A DNA stretch of 64,000 nucleotides from Oculina patagonica. Taxonomy: Eukaryota. The translations under genes and the position numbers were made by a program. The number at the start of each line of letters is the position of its first letter. The stretch's first letter is position 1. The stretch covers positions 37,758,001-37,822,000 of the forward strand of contig NC_135770.1 of NCBI RefSeq assembly GCF_052425735.1, written 5' to 3'. Under the pieces are notes generated by a model. It was not told the origin of the DNA. It did not search any database and saw only the letters and a list, made by a program, of their open reading frames with translations. Positions 24,303 to 38,828 of the stretch are shown here, one piece after another.

Positions 24303-26065
24303 CAGTGCGGCTACTGTTACCGGGGTCCCCAGACAAAGTTAACCAATCACAAAGCACAACGGGAACAATAGATTCCAACATTTTTTATTTCAGCCAATGA
24401 AATGTCATGTTCAGAACAATGAAATTTCAATTTGTTCGTTCGCCACGAAAACAGATCAGTACAAATTTTGGCTATATGGTGTTGAGTTTTCAAATAACTT
24501 CGATTCCAACTCTTCTTAACTTGACTAGTTTTGACTGCACAATCTGGAAGGCAAATATCAGCGATGTTTATGAAAGAAATCAGCTTCAAACTATGTAAAA
24601 ACAGGGGAAGCGACAACCGTACGGCGTATATCTCCAGACATAAAAGTGCGTGCCGGATTTGTAAACAACGAAAACACGGCTTGTTTGCTGTCGGATCTTT
24701 GATTTCGACCGTATTTTGAAAATTTGAGTTTCACGCGCTGGGTTCTGGCAGTACGATAAAGCTGAAAAAAAAAAAATAATTACCGGTACATTGTGTTGTA
24801 AAAGAGTAATTTAAAATTGTCTTCAAAGCAAAATGCGTAGCGTATTTGACTCTCAAACTAACTGCCGGCTGTATTGAGCACTTCAAAGGTTTCCTCAAGA
24901 ACTCGCAGCAAGTGAAAGTATTTATTTCGGAAAAAAGTTTATAGCACGATTTCACTTGTATGTAAATCATTGTTGAAAAATAACCGATATTCCACTGAGT
25001 TCGGAATTTGAGCTATTATTTTCCCGGCAATTCAAAACAGTAAATACAACTCCCCGAGATAGTTGGGTTTTTATTTTTTCTGAGAATTCAAATCCGCCAC
25101 GCAAATTACCCAAACATACGCGCGGTACGGCCGTTGCATTCACTGCTTTCATACATTACCGTACCCAAATTCGCAAGTAGCCAATCAGAAGCGCGATCTA
25201 CTGTCCTGATATCCTACGATATCAAGTCACTGACCTGATATGCCACCATATCACGGTCACTTTGAAGTAAAGAAGTGTTACTGTACGATGAATTTGAAAC
25301 GAGGTTTTAGCAATAAAACAGAACTTCGTAATTTGATTTAGCGGTGTTTGCGGTCGTAAATTAAAAAAGAGAAAAACTTTCCCGCCAAAACTAAACTTAA
25401 GCGCGCTCGTCAATTGCGCGATGTTTACCGACGAGTACTGAGACATTCAGACTGAAAAAATGAAGTCGGAATTTCCAAATTTTTCGCTTAATTTTTATTT
25501 TGAAATTTTAGAGAATGAAACTCTAAACAAAGGAGTGGAAAAAAAGGCAGAAGAGAAAGTAAAAGTGTTGAAGACCAAGTCAACACAATTTGCAGTACGT
25601 ACCTTGCAAGAAGCATGCTTCAACAGAGCGATAAATATAACCGGATTTTGGCTGAATTTGGGTACGGTAAATACCTAATCGTACCTTTTTGTTACGCTTC
25701 GGCTGCATATCAGGCTCGTTTGGTCTCACCATGGGTATTTTGGCTCGACTGCGTCTCGCCAAAATACGAACCATGGCTCGACCAAACTCGCCTGATATGC
25801 TACCGAAGCGTACCAAAAAGGTACGATTAGGTATAAGTATGAAATCAGTTCTACCTCACTTGCATGACACATTCATTTATGTAGCATGTGAAAAAAACTT
25901 ACATTTTTAAATTGAAAAGTCGACGATAGCTAACGCTCTATTCACAAAAGCTTCACGAGGGAACAAGTTTAACTTTCATTGTTCTGTACTCGACATTTCA
26001 ATGGCTGAAGTAATGTTGGAATCTTTGGTTTGGTTTGGGTGACCCCGGTAACAGTCGCCGCACTG
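24303..26065. mobile_element. Tc1/mariner-type non-autonomous element
   Basis: TIR CAGTGCGGCTACTGTTACCGGGGTC / GACCCCGGTAACAGTCGCCGCACTG with TA on both sides; contains a 160-bp hairpin at ~25673-25832. Confidence 0.8.
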
Positions 26066-26615
26066 TAATATTTATTCTTATTTAAAGATAAAGGGAAACT
26101 TGAACTTGTTTTTCGGTGATGGAAATATTACCTTTTGGAAAATGAGTCTAATCCTCTTTATATTTTATTTTTTTTTAAAAAATTCACGATCCTATGGGAA
26201 CGGTTAACTAAGCGACCTTGGTAGTTGGGGTGCAGGGAAAGGAAGGGGGGTGCAGGGGAATTTAAACTCAGTCCCACTCACGGCTTGTACGTTTTATTCC
26301 CGTGGTTCCCACCCCTTGGTGCTTTTTCTGTTGCACAATTTTTCCAAATAATCAATTTTTAAAATAATCAAAAAACACATAAGATAATTTTCCAGAAGAA
26401 TAAAGCAGTTAAAAGATTAATAATACATATTTTGCCGAAGGATTTGTTTCCAAGAAACACAACATCTGTGTATACAATTGAACATCGCAAAAGGAGAAGA
26501 TATCATTAAATCAAAATTAACAAATGAAGAGCAATTCAGTGAAGTAACCCTACATTTCTGTTCCTTAAATTATCCCATTAACCTAAAAAGGCGTCAGAAT
26601 GAACAAATGAATTAA

Positions 26616-27192
26616 GGGTGCGTTTCTTTGAGAAAATCCAAATCCGGATTCTTGTATTCAAAAACGGATTTTGCGTTTCTTTACGTTTCTTTCTTTGCGT
26701 TCGCACTTTGTAAACACTGTCACACAGTAAGTTTTCAGGCGCTTATTTCGATCAAAATACAAAAACAATTCACGGTAAATTAAAAGGAAACGGTAGCTTG
26801 ATCAGTATGAAGTGTCATTTTAAACTGGATGCAGGTTCTCTAAAAGAGCCACCATGTCTCTTGTATCCTTTTGAAATTGTCACGAGTTAAGTTTACAATG
26901 ATCATTTCGCAAACATTCTTCGCTCTCAGAAGCGTTTTCGCCACATTGTGCTTGAGGCTAAAGCACTGTTTCGACGTGTGGTTTTTGTGAAAGATTTTGT
27001 ATGCTGAAATGATTTAGCTAGGATACATTTGACGAAAAATAAATTTGTGCTGACATTTATGTTCTGTGCGAAATGAGTTTACGGGGTTGTCATGGCAAAA
27101 AAAATCCATTTTATTTGGGAGCAAAGTGTCCGTGTGATCTGATCAGTGATCCAATTTTGGATTTTCCCAAAGAAACGCACCGTTTCGCACCC
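26616..27192. mobile_element. PIF/Harbinger-type MITE
   Basis: GGGTGCGTTTCTTTGAGAAAATCCAAA ... TTTGGATTTTCCCAAAGAAACGCACC(GTTTCGCACCC); TAA on both sides. Confidence 0.7.
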
Positions 27193-27345
27193 TAAGTACA
27201 AGCCGTTTCTTGTCGAAACCAAGCTTGCCTTGCAGGAGTGGTGAATGTCATAGGAGTTGGTTAGAAATATGCCATATCACGGGATGACATATGCGTGTTG
27301 TAGACTGGAACACCACCAACAACTGTTGACATCTCGCTGTTATTA

Positions 27346-27968
27346 CAGTAGAACCCCGATAACTCGAACTCTGAAGGGAAACGAAAAACAGTTCGAGTTA
27401 GCGGGTTTTCGAGTTATCGGGATCGATTGAATATTTAATTGGCAAATTTAATAATTGATAGTATTACTGATTGTTCAGCTCTTTCGTATACAGTACTGGT
27501 CAGGTACTGGTCGTATACAGAATGGTGTAAACTTATCTGGTCAGAAACTCTAATACGACCATACATTTTTATGATAAGAGTGGAAAATGGCTGTCAAATA
27601 CTTGATCTGTTCGTTGCTCTAATCAATGGGCTCCGTGGCTAGCTTTCCTGCGTGCTGGCGGGAGTCGAGTGCGAGTGCTCCCTTTTTTTCCCCTCCCCCG
27701 CCCCTTCTACTCTCCCTCCCCCCCCCCCCGATCCGTGGCGAGTTGCAAGAACCGGAATTCGAGTTATCGGGGTAAATTTGACCCAAATTTTAATCAAGGG
27801 AAACGAAATTTAGTTCGAGTTAGCGCCGGGGGTTTTCGAGTTATCCGAGTTCGAGTTAACCGAGTAAAAATGACTGAAAAGTGGGGTCAAAACCAAGGGA
27901 AGCGGAAGTTCGTTCGAGTTAGCGGGGTTGTTCGAGTTATCCGAGTTCGAGTTACCGGGGTTCTACTG
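27346..27968. mobile_element. Tc1/mariner (pogo-like) MITE
   Basis: TIR CAGTAGAACCCCGATAACTCGAAC / GTTCGAGTTACCGGGGTTCTACTG; TA TSD; internal TTCGAGTTA repeats. Confidence 0.85.
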
Positions 27969-28148
27969 TATTTCCAAAAGTTTCAGTTAAACCAAAATTA
28001 CGGCTAAATTAAAACATCAGCACCCAACACAGAGCCTAAAGTAATTTTTAATAAACAATTGGTGTTAAACTAGTTCCATCTAGGCTGAATTTCAAACGTC
28101 TTCTCTGGTTCCATGTCAGTTTGCAGACAGTGGAAATCAAGGACCTTG

Positions 28149-31100
28149 TCACCACTCCGTGATGTGTCGGTTGAGTTCCATGTTCGTTTGCACAATAAGG
28201 TATATAGTGAAAAGAAGCAAGAGAGTTGACGACGGCCAACCTGCAAAAACAAGATAGCACCTTAAAATATATTCTGTTTCAATTTAGAGAAGATGACACA
28301 AAGCAAAGTGTGTCTCATACGAAGTAACTCTAAGTATTGCCCCCCACTCCCCCCTCCCCCCTACGCCCTGGATTGCATGCTAGCTCATTGTAGCCTGATA
28401 AACATGTGGTCATTACTGAAAACATCTTCAGCGAGCCGGTAGAGCAACGTAAGACGCGTTTTTCTCTTCCGTTGTTGTTTTTCACACCTACCGAAAAGGA
28501 AGATTCTCTTGATGTAAAACCAAACAGGTTCAGATCCACAAAGAAACACCAAGTTACTAAGAATAAGACAGGTCAAGGTCACAACACCAAATATGGCGCG
28601 AACTCGGCGCGAAGCTGCTGGAGATAGCTTGTCCTATAACAAAACAAAAAGCCAAATATGAACATTTTTAAGGACCTTTGTTAAGGATCACAAGAACTTA
28701 GACATTTTGTTTAAACAAGGAAACCCACCTCCAGTCGTTTAACAGAAGGAAGCATCAACACAATGCCTGCCACAGATTCCACCACAACCCCAAGCCAGTT
28801 AGGAATGAACCACCACATGGTGTGCACGTGACCACCATGCCATAACCATATAAAGGCAAAAGCAAGAAACGAGCCCGTCATTTGACGAATAACACCCTTA
28901 CGGGACCCTCCTAAGGGCACATAAATGTACCTGCAACCAATAGGAAATGGCTGGTTACTGTCGTTTCCAAGTACAAACGTTCAGAAGCTGAATCAAAAGG
29001 GTAACAACAAACTTTCATTTTAAGAGAACAAATTTCTCAACCTCTTCATCCAAACGTTAAGACCCCTGTCGAAGTACCTGGCAAATTAAAAAAAAAAAAC
29101 AGAAATATCATTAAGGAGTTGAAACGGTTTCACAATGAAACAGCTATATTAATTTTGGCATGCTTTCGAAAAGCTTACAAACAAATAAAGATAATAAAAA
29201 ACCCGACAATGATGGTTTTCAAAGTGTATAATACTCAACAAATGACAGGATCCCATTAGAAACGAGGACGAGTAACAAAGGCGAGAATGCAAACAAATTA
29301 CAATATGGACAAACTTGTCTTCGTGGATTCTTTTGAAATTTTACAGACCCTTTTGCAACATGTACAAAGAATAATTTTAAAACAGGCTTCTGTTTCAGGT
29401 AAGTTAAATCTAAAGAAATTTGTGATACTTTAAGAGGAAAAAACAGTTCAGTGCACCCTTTACGGTCGATAAATCTTTGTAATCTTTGTATTCCAATCAA
29501 TTGTGAGTTCAACCTCATGTCACTTTGGAACGTCACTCACAAGAACCACGGGTTCATGTGATTGTTTTCCCGACGATTAGAAATGTAAGTCCTCTTCCAT
29601 TTCCCCCACCTCACATGTACAACTTGCAACAAAATATTGTTGCCCTGCACACATAGTTTCCCAAGAATCTCGAGATTCGAGGGAAACAAAATTAACTGGT
29701 TTCCCGAGGGATCAGTCATTAAATAATTTTTTTATAGCACTAGTAACGAAGACTTAGAAAAACGGTGGTCGTTCGTCAACATGCGCGGGCAACATTACAC
29801 TGTTACCCTCTGACGTCATAGATTTTGAAATGTTGCCCGCTCAGAGACTTTTGGCGGGAAACAGTTTTATTGTTAGAGGTCATGTGACCTCGAAGTAGCC
29901 AATGAGGGCGCGCTCTTTTGGGGACAAAATTCCAGCTATATAGCAATCCATGATGTTACTTACTTCCACATGTCTGTAAAGAGCCATAACGTGGTGACAC
30001 ATCTCGGAGGCAAAGGTACTTCGACCCTGTCCACTCGCGCCAGCACTCCTGTACAGCAGTAGAACACCTTGTACTTGAGCAGGAAGATGTTCAGCTGAGA
30101 GTACATGATCCCAGTCAGGGCCCAATTAGACAGGGACGTAAATAAGCTGGGGTCTTGCGTAAAGGCTGTCGAGTAGAAAAAGTGTAAATAGCCCTCCAGG
30201 AAAAAGTACCACCACAGTGTACGGGCTGTGTCCTTGAGGAGCGACTTGATTTCCTCGCTTGAAAAGGACTTGAAGGGTTGATAAAACTAAAAAGACAAAC
30301 ACACACGAAGAGAACTATGTATCAAGCTTTTCGGAGGGAAGGCCTGGCGCTCAGGTTAAGTAAAGTGGTTCAATACTCTTAATAAAAATCAGCACCACAC
30401 CCAAAGTTTTTATTTTTTGTTAACACGTATTAGACGGACACTAGCCCATTCCTCAAAAGAGTCCGCTTACTACAAGGTTGACTCTAGAGTAGTTTATATA
30501 ACTGTATCTCCAAGAGCTAAATGTCACATGGAACAAGTTTTAATCAATTTATTGGCACCCTCTGGGTTTTACAGCGCGGCATTGTATAGCTCACTGTGTG
30601 ATATTGCAGAAAACGCGCCAACAAGGAGTTGGTCACGCCATACTGTGACGTTGGAGGGGCTGGGATGAAGGAAGGGGTAAGGGCAATTTAGAAGCGCATT
30701 TGTAGTGTGTCTTCTAGGATTTTTCTTTAGTGGGGAAAGGGTATCAATCAGTTTATTTTATCAACTATACATCCAATCCATCCAACCACTCAAATTTCCA
30801 TTCAAAAAGAAAAAAATTAAGCTGGCGTTTATCAAAATGAGAAAGGCTCTTTGATTTACATTACAAGATAAATTAAAAACCACTTACCGTTTTCTGAAAT
30901 GTATCAAAAGTGACAACTGGACCATTAGCAAACAACGGGAAGTAAAAATTATACACCAGCAGATCCATGAGTGAGTAAGGCTTGACAGGCTTGTCCTTTT
31001 CTACCTCACGTGACCGCCATACATAATCCATACCAAAACTAATGCAACGAAGGTTCCCCATCATGGACACAAACAATGTAAAATTCTTGATTTCTAAGTT

Positions 31101-34100
31101 GGTGCTGAGTAGCTCAAGCTGGGTGAACGAAAAAGGCAAAAGAACGAGTTTGGAATCTTCCTTTACAGCCGTTATTGCGCATGGGTTGTCACGCAACACT
31201 CAATTACACGAACGAGTGTTGCGTGACAAGAAGACAACGACGGAGAAGAAGGTTTATAGCACGTTTTTAAGTGTTTAACCGAAGTAATGAGGAGAATTAG
31301 ACCTGTGGCCGTAAAAGTGGACCTACTTACAAGTCTTACATAAAGGAGTCGATGATAAGAAAATTTTGGAGGAGTAGCAATTCGTAATCGTTATAAGTTT
31401 CCCTTTTTGTAAGCGCAAGTTCCCAGATACACCAAACACTACTGAGAAATTACTAAATAGCAGTAGATAAGTAGACTGAAAATTAACTGGATTATGTCCC
31501 TACTGTAAACCTAGACGTCCAAAATGACCTAATGCAGTGGCCAAATAGCCAAGACATTATTGTCACTTGTTTTCACGGGAGCTTGCGAGGAGCTCGCAAA
31601 TTCCCTTGGGAGACTTAATTTTGGCGATTTCAGAAAAACCGTTTAGAAAGGCGAACACATTCTATGAAAAAGGTTGATCCACATTAGCAAAGGGTAGTAT
31701 ACAATATTTTTAAAAATATACATATTTTTAAATAAATAATTGAAGGTATTAAATAAGGCCGCGTTAAGGCCATTGACGGTGTATAATATTTTTTATATTG
31801 CCCAATTTGACGTTATTCCATTATTGTTTTCGTCTCCTCACTCACAGTCCTCACTCTCATTATTTAATATCTTTTTATTTATTTTTTTTTTCTGTTGTTG
31901 TTTTTTTTTATACCGAAATATTATATTTTTTTTATCAATATCTTTTTTTTTGTTCTTTTTTTTGGACACAATATATTTTTTCGGGTTTTCTTTTTTCTTT
32001 TATTCTAATTTGACGTCTGAGACGAGCCTTGGAAGAGATACTCATACAACTGAGGTTGTTATGCATAAATATGTCTATCATATCGTGGTGGTTGGTCTGA
32101 TGCCGGCTTACCTGCCAGATTTTAGCTGCGTTGGTTTGTAGAGAAAGTACAATACCAAGAGTGCAGATCCACAAGGCTGGGATCGACTTGAAGATAAAAC
32201 AACACGTGTAAACTAGCAGGCAATGACCAACCATAAACAGGACTGGTAAAAAGCCAAGAGAGTATAGCAGAAAGCATAGAGTGAACATCAGACAATAAGA
32301 CTGGTTTGAACTGAAAAGGAAATTAAGGGAACAGTTAAAATTCAAAGAAGTTTCTACATGTAATAATGTACACGGGTGATCACCAGATATACGAAAGTAG
32401 TGTTGTAGTCTTTGCAAAGAAGAGATAAGGCGTTTCACGGTTTCATAATTATTTTTAACACCGAAAGGAATAGGGCAAACTTATGCATACATGTAGAGGC
32501 TATTATTCATACAAAAGGCTCTAGCTCAGTAGAAGAACGTTAAGGCATTTTCTTTTAGGCATGTATAGTAAACCCTTTTTAAGACGGACACCGTGGCCGG
32601 CTTTTTCTTCTGGGGTTCTTTTAGGTTCGATTTAGGTATGTAATGTGTAAAAAGCAAAATGTCTACGGAGTACGTAAAAACTCGTCAGTGGACGGCAAAC
32701 GTATTCAGCTTCAGAAGATTCTCCCTTCGACTCTCGCTCCTCTGTCAAGAACTGTAAAAATATTTATCCTTATAGAAGAAAGTCAGTGCAGCCTGGGGTT
32801 TTATAACGCATGCATTTAGAACTTACAGTACATCTTAAAGTTATATATTCCAATGGAGATCACGCCTAAAATGTGGTCAAGGACTCGTTTGCGAGCCTCC
32901 AATGGCATTTCCTTTTGATTTGATTTTTATAGTATTATTGTCATTGTATTGTACAGTTTGTTTTATTGATTTTTTTGCCATGAGTTGTAATAAATTTTAA
33001 AAATTGTAACAATACTTATCAATACTCAACTGTTAATAGGTCTTAATATTAAAGAGCCCAAAAAACAAATTCTCTACCTGTGGAAGAAATCGTGAAAAAA
33101 TCAGTCCCCCGATCGTGTGAAGCAACATTGCGGGCATCAAGGATTTCATTGCACTTGTCCAAAATTCCCATTCAAAATCAGTCACATCCTGGAAACAAAC
33201 AAAAAATCTGTTCGTCCTAAAGCTGCTCTAACTAGTCAGAAAAAAAACTTGCGTTCTTTCGTTTTTCTAACCAATCAAGAACAACTCACGCGTTTTCCAG
33301 CAGGTTGCTTATTTTTGCACAGAATTCGGCTCCTTCTTCGTGTAGAAGCACAGAACACGTCACAATTGAATACTGCCTCGCAACCCTATTGTTTTTATTA
33401 TATTCCTCGTTCTTTTGTCCTTTTGTTCTCTATTGTTATAGGTGAACTGTGTCTTCTACACGAAGTAAGAATTTTTTTTTTTTTGCCCACAATTCTGTAT
33501 TAGTTTTGTTCCATTTTACGACCGACTCGCAGTGTTTGAAAACAGAGTTAGAATCACAGACTCAATGATGAAAACCTGTTTGTGGCATGAAATACGCGCT
33601 TCCAGAAGACGCGCAAGGTGTCACACATTTGCCATGTTTCAATTTGAAAGGTGTTGTCTGCCGAATGATTTCTGTGAGGAGTTCGAGCAATATCCTATCA
33701 GGCTAAGGGGTACGGAACAGATTGATTTGCACTCCTAACAACAAGAAGACGTTGTATTGGTGTAAACGGTTTTATCGATTTTCTTGGACTGATATCCTCG
33801 TTGGTGCAGTCCGTGATATCTACTGACCCTCTGTCTTGTCCTCAGGCGCTGTTGCGTAAAAACAGACCCATAACTCCAAGCGTACCGCGCTCCAATCAAG
33901 GAGGAGCGCCTGGGGACGAGTCAACAGACAGTCAACAATATTTTGTAAATTCGTGACGTCACAATGGCTACGCGCATACAGACAGTGGATCCGGTGAGTT
34001 TACCCCTCCCTCCATCCTGGTTAGACGCAAAAATGTTATATTCTAACCTTTTTTCCAAGAAATTGCCATCCTTCTTTTAAGTCTTCCTCATAGATTTCAT

Positions 34101-35930
34101 CTTTATGGTCTGTGAAAGTGTTGTTACAAAATTAATCTACATGTTCATACATTTCAAGATGCTCTGAAATTTCCAACAATAGGCTGATCCCCGCTACAGG
34201 TACACTGACTTTTTAACAATTATATCAACGACTTTCCCCTTGACTGACCACAGGGATATGTTGGAGAATACAGGGGAAATGCATAGAATCATTATCTTTG
34301 AGTAGCCTGTAGGCAGAAATTCAAGACTTTGTTAGAAGTTAAGTTCCCCCTCTGCAGAGGGGAGCAGGGATGGTGCAATGGTGGGAGCGCTTTCCTCCCA
34401 CCAATATGCCCCAACTTTGATTGCTGGACCCGGTGTATTGTGTGGGTTGAGTTTGTTGTTGTTTCACATCCTTGCTCTGAGGGTTTTTCTCCAGGTTCTC
34501 CAGTTTTCCTCCCTCCACAAAAACCAACACTTCTACAGGGCTGCAAATAATTTTTTTCACTTGAAAGGATGTATGTCCTACTAAGACACCATCTTGGTTG
34601 GACGAAACAAAATTGTGGTCGGACATCACCAAAAACAAATGGTTGAATTTTATTCATTGTTGCTGTAAAATGATTTACGATAAAAAAATTGTACGGACAT
34701 CATGTCCGACCACACTTGAGATTTCGTCGGACATGAGCAAATTTTGGTCGGCCAATGTCCGATGACCGACTGTTATTTGCAACCCTGCTTCTAAATTTCG
34801 ATCGGGAATCCAAGGGCCACGTACAGGTTTGTTAGTCACAAGACTATTAAGTGCTACCCTCATATAATTAAGACGATTTATAAATGGGGATTATTATTTG
34901 CAATGGAAAATGTAAACCAGGTGATTTCCTTGTATAAAGATTCCCCTTCCCCTGAGGAAAAACATTGAGATGGCTGCACCCTCTTTACAGTCCCCCAAAG
35001 TCAATCCAGATATCAACACCTGGGGAAGCCAGTGACATGTGCATAACAGGGGCGAACCAGGATTTTTCTTTGGAGGGGGTGCACCACTAAGGAATGGCAT
35101 AACCGACTGGTGATGTCAACAAATTTTAAAAGCGAATACAAAGAAGGTTATCTCAAGGGAGGGATGCTCACCCCCTGCACCTCCCCCTAGTTCTGCCCCT
35201 GCATAACACTGATTTTGTATCTTTGATATCTGACCCATGCAGGTTACCCTGCAAACAGACAGATTTTCCAGCCGATTCTTGGTGTTTCAGATGGTGTCAT
35301 CACAAAACAAAATATTTCAAAAGACAATAAACAATGCCCTAAAAAACCGTATCACAATAGCTAAACCAATAATATATTCAGCGACACCAACTGCAGTTTC
35401 AATCCATCTGCATTAAAAGGCTAATGCAGGTTGTGATCACTTTCTTTCTTAGCTGGGGAAGCTGCAAGCTTTGTTTAAGGCAATGGCTTAGGTTTGAAAT
35501 GTCCTCAACAGTCAAGCCATTACCCCCTTTAAAGCCCCTCTTCCCATCCTCAAAATGATTACCCTTAGCTGTGAATATTTCAGGTGTGATCTGGGATACT
35601 GGTAAATTTTTTACATAAAGAAATTAAAATTGGTCAATTTGTAATTATTATATGGATCTTCCTGCTTGGGTTAATTTATGGCACTTACGGTATTTCCCTC
35701 TAACCCTATATAAGGCAGTAACAAGTTCTTGTGAGAAGAATTTACCATAATTAGCCTTTCTTTTTACCTTGAGAAGCTCTGAAGATGCTATACATGGCGT
35801 ATGATGACAGTGAAATCCACAACACCCAGTACAGTGAAATCTCAAGGAAAGGCAAGGGACCATGTTTCTTGTTCTGATCTGTTTTATTCCTGTTGCTATC
35901 AAGGTTTTTCATGTCAGCCTGGGTAGACAT
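28149..35930 (-). CDS. HHAT: Protein-cysteine N-palmitoyltransferase HHAT (MBOAT family); exons 35930-35768, 34109-34048, 33188-33078, 32300-32112, 31118-30888, 30286-29964, 29077-29042, 28930-28729, 28633-28492, 28240-28149; ~516 aa
   Basis: GT-AG exons join in frame and give DVTDFEWEFW, YNFYFPLFANGPVVTF, PPRCV...FTDMWKYFDRGLNVWMKRYIYVPLGGSR, IWLWHG (catalytic His), LILSNLVFL and GWP, colinear with vertebrate HHAT. Confidence 0.9.
29530..29945. repeat. Crypton-like interspersed repeat in HHAT intron
   Basis: GAGGGAAACAAAATTAACTGGTTTCCCGAGGGA...TCATGTGACCTCGAAGTAGCCAATGAG motifs typical of an abundant anthozoan repeat; recognised from memory. Confidence 0.45.
34349..34815 (+). mobile_element. 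tRNA-derived SINE interrupted by a 252-bp MITE (34536-34787)
   Basis: GGGAGCAGGGATGGTGCAATGGT head and TGTGGGTTGAGTTTGTTG...TTTCCTCCCTCCACAAAAACCAAC body shared with 58581-58850. MITE TIR CAGGGCTGCAAATAA / TTATTTGCAACCCTG, 6-bp TSD CTTCTA. Confidence 0.7.
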
Positions 35931-37484
35931 CTAGCAAAGAAATAGAGGGTAATGACAACATATCATTACAAAAACAGACAATTCAATCACCTTACACAGA
36001 GTACACCGAGAGAGACATGGTGGCTTAAGAGTTAGCGTATATCCAACATAAAATTTATGTCAACTGTTCTTTTCTTCAAATTCCATTGGGAAAATTCACT
36101 TCTGCATTCAATTCCAAAATGTTCATTTCTAAAATATATGTGACAGTTTCTCTACAAATACAAAGTGCTAATCAGCAGTGGTGGATCTAGGGGAGGGGTC
36201 TGCCCCCCCCCCCTATTTTCAGAACAAATACAGGCCCGAAGGGTCAAGAAAATCTTTTTTTCAAGAGTGCCCCCCTCCCCTTATTCGAGGGTCTGGACGA
36301 TTGGGCACCCCCTTATCTGAAGCTCTAGATCCGCCACTGTACAGGGCTTAAAAGAACTTGAAGTTTGCTTGCCTAGGGCAGTGGCAACCAGTTGCAAGCT
36401 TTTCTAAGTTTATTTTTGAAACCATGATTTATTTGGCAGACAGATTACCAGTGAGCATTCAAAGTTAACTTGTTGACCTGGAAAATCTACTTGTTACGAA
36501 CCACCAGACAGGACGGAAGATTATTTGTGGATAATGTGGGATAATGTCCTTATTTTACCTATAGTCTATAGTGATATTATATGGCAACAAAGAGGATAAC
36601 ATCGATTTCGCTACAGTATGCAAAATAAAATCTTCAGTTCTGTCTAAGGTTATGTACTGTACTTTTTGGTGAGAAACATTTAGCATCAGATCTGTTTTGT
36701 GAATAATCAACCCAATGGTCCACTTCCCCCATATGGGTACCCCAGGGGTAACAGAATTATACCCCTATACCCTGGGAATTATACATACACTAAATAAAAA
36801 GCAAGATCAAGAGAGGAGGACTCAGTCTGTATTTGATGTCACATAGAAGCTCTTTCAAAAACCCTTGCTACAACTAAACGGTTTGTAATTGAGGACTTTA
36901 ATAAACCCGGAAAAATGGTAGCAACTCAAGGGTTTGATCTCTTGAGAAATCTAACCCACAAAAACGCGAAGAATAGTTATTTTTCTCGATCTTCCTTTTC
37001 CTATACAGTAGTAGAGATTTAGTCCAGTCATCTCCATTGAAAAGATGCTTTAACAGCAGAAGACTTCTCATTTGATGAGCAATGATAAATAGACACATCA
37101 TAATAAACAAATCTCGAAAGTTAATTTAGCGCGAAAATCCTGACTCAATGGTTTAGTTCTAAGATTACCAGTTATATCGAACACAAGAGAACTGTTTACC
37201 TCTTATTTTCAACAGCAAATGGAAGACACCCAGCTGATCCAATGTTCCTTGTAACTCTTGGTATTATTAGTAGAGGAATCACGGATTTATGGTCGGATGA
37301 GTCGACTGTTCGTGTTAGTATGAAACAAGATCTCTCGCAAAATTCACAATCGATTAGTGTTGTATCAAGTGAGCTTAGCTTACCTACTCTTGTAGTTCTT
37401 CGCATACTTCTTTCATTTACATCTTACAGTATTTAAATCAAATGGAAAGCGGAATATTAAAGAAAATCACAGCCGCTTACTCAC

Positions 37485-37545
37485 AGCTGAACCCACATTC
37501 ATCAATTTTTAGTGACTTCGAGCGACTTCCGGTTTCAGCTGAGCA
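37485..37545 (-). promoter_or_regulatory. Possible HHAT promoter / first non-coding exon
   Basis: ETS-like CCGGAAGT on the minus strand (~37525-37532) followed by a consensus donor GTGAGTAAG (~37484); the HHAT ATG is directly preceded by an acceptor, so an upstream exon is expected. Confidence 0.4.
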
Positions 37546-38828
37546 AACATGAGGCCGCGGTAACCAGCCAACTGACCAGCGGCCTTGCATTTTTGGCGGG
37601 GAAAATAATGAATGATAAGGAATCACATTTCATCTTCCTCTTTGTGTAAATTAAAATGAACATCTTTTACTCATGATTGACACTAGAGCTCCGGCTCCAT
37701 TGCATCCCTCCCCCCTGGAGGTCTTTGGGACCTTCTGAAGTGTGATGTATCGAGCGTTAGCCTGGCTACCTAAGACCCCATAAGGAGGGGCCTGAATGGG
37801 GTAAAAATGGGAATTTTTCACTGGGAAAATATTATTTTGTCACTGGGACTGGAATTACAAACAAATCAACAATAGGAATGGGACTGATTGATTTGAAACA
37901 AGTAAACAATAGAACTGGGAATGGGATTTGGAAAATCGGGAACTATATGAATAGGTTGGGAAATGGGATTTCGGCAAAATTTGGCTGGGATAAGAAGCCG
38001 ACAACTGAATTGTCCTCATTGATATCAACATGCTCAAGATACAACTCAGCCCATCTGGAATGGATTGGGTCTTTCGGTTTCCATCGTTTTCTGTCCACTT
38101 TGCGACTTAATGGCAAGTTTGTTGCTGTTGTTTTTGTTTTATTTTTTGTTCGGTTGTTGTTGCTGTTGTTATTTCCAGTGTTTATATATTCGATTTATGT
38201 CTGTCCAGACCACCGCTGGCAAATTACAAAATAACTATCAACCACAAAAATTGAATTTAACGTTAATTTATTTTCATAAAATGCTTACAAAATAGAAAAT
38301 ACTTGAAAATAGTTAAAATACATTCCATAGATGATAAAAACTATTACTACTACTACTACTATTGCTAATATTTATTATTATTACTTGTAACCTGAAAAAA
38401 TAACCTACAAAACTTTACTAGATTTGTTACACCTAAAAAAAACAAAGGGAGGAAATCTTTCGGCTTAAACCGTTGTATGTTATAGGGGAACTGAACAATT
38501 GTCGTTTACGTTAAATTTCGTTGAAGCACTAAAATAAATAACGGTTTCCCGGATTATCGAATCAAAATATAGCACAGAGCCTCACTCCCGAGTTCTCCGA
38601 CAATTGTCTTGCCAAACGTCGTCCCAGTGCTTTCTACGCGATGGTTTTCCAGTGAGCATACGATAAATCATGCTCAGTAACTTCGGTGACGTCAACTACA
38701 GGCTCAGTAAGTCTTAATCTGCGGCCCTCGACTGGTTATATATCCGAAGGCTTCCTTCATTTACCCATTGGCCCAATCGGTGAAACATTTTGCCTTTTAC
38801 AGCATGTGCCCGCGTCACTCTTCCATCA

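Noticed and set aside
31740-32141. Phe-rich hydrophobic ORFs
   Set aside because: Low-complexity T-rich intronic sequence antisense to HHAT.
34349-34430. tRNA-like sequence
   Set aside because: Degenerate head of a SINE; no intact cloverleaf.
37196-37405. 69-aa ORF ending at a possible donor upstream of HHAT
   Set aside because: No recognisable homology; may be 5' UTR; cannot be supported as coding.
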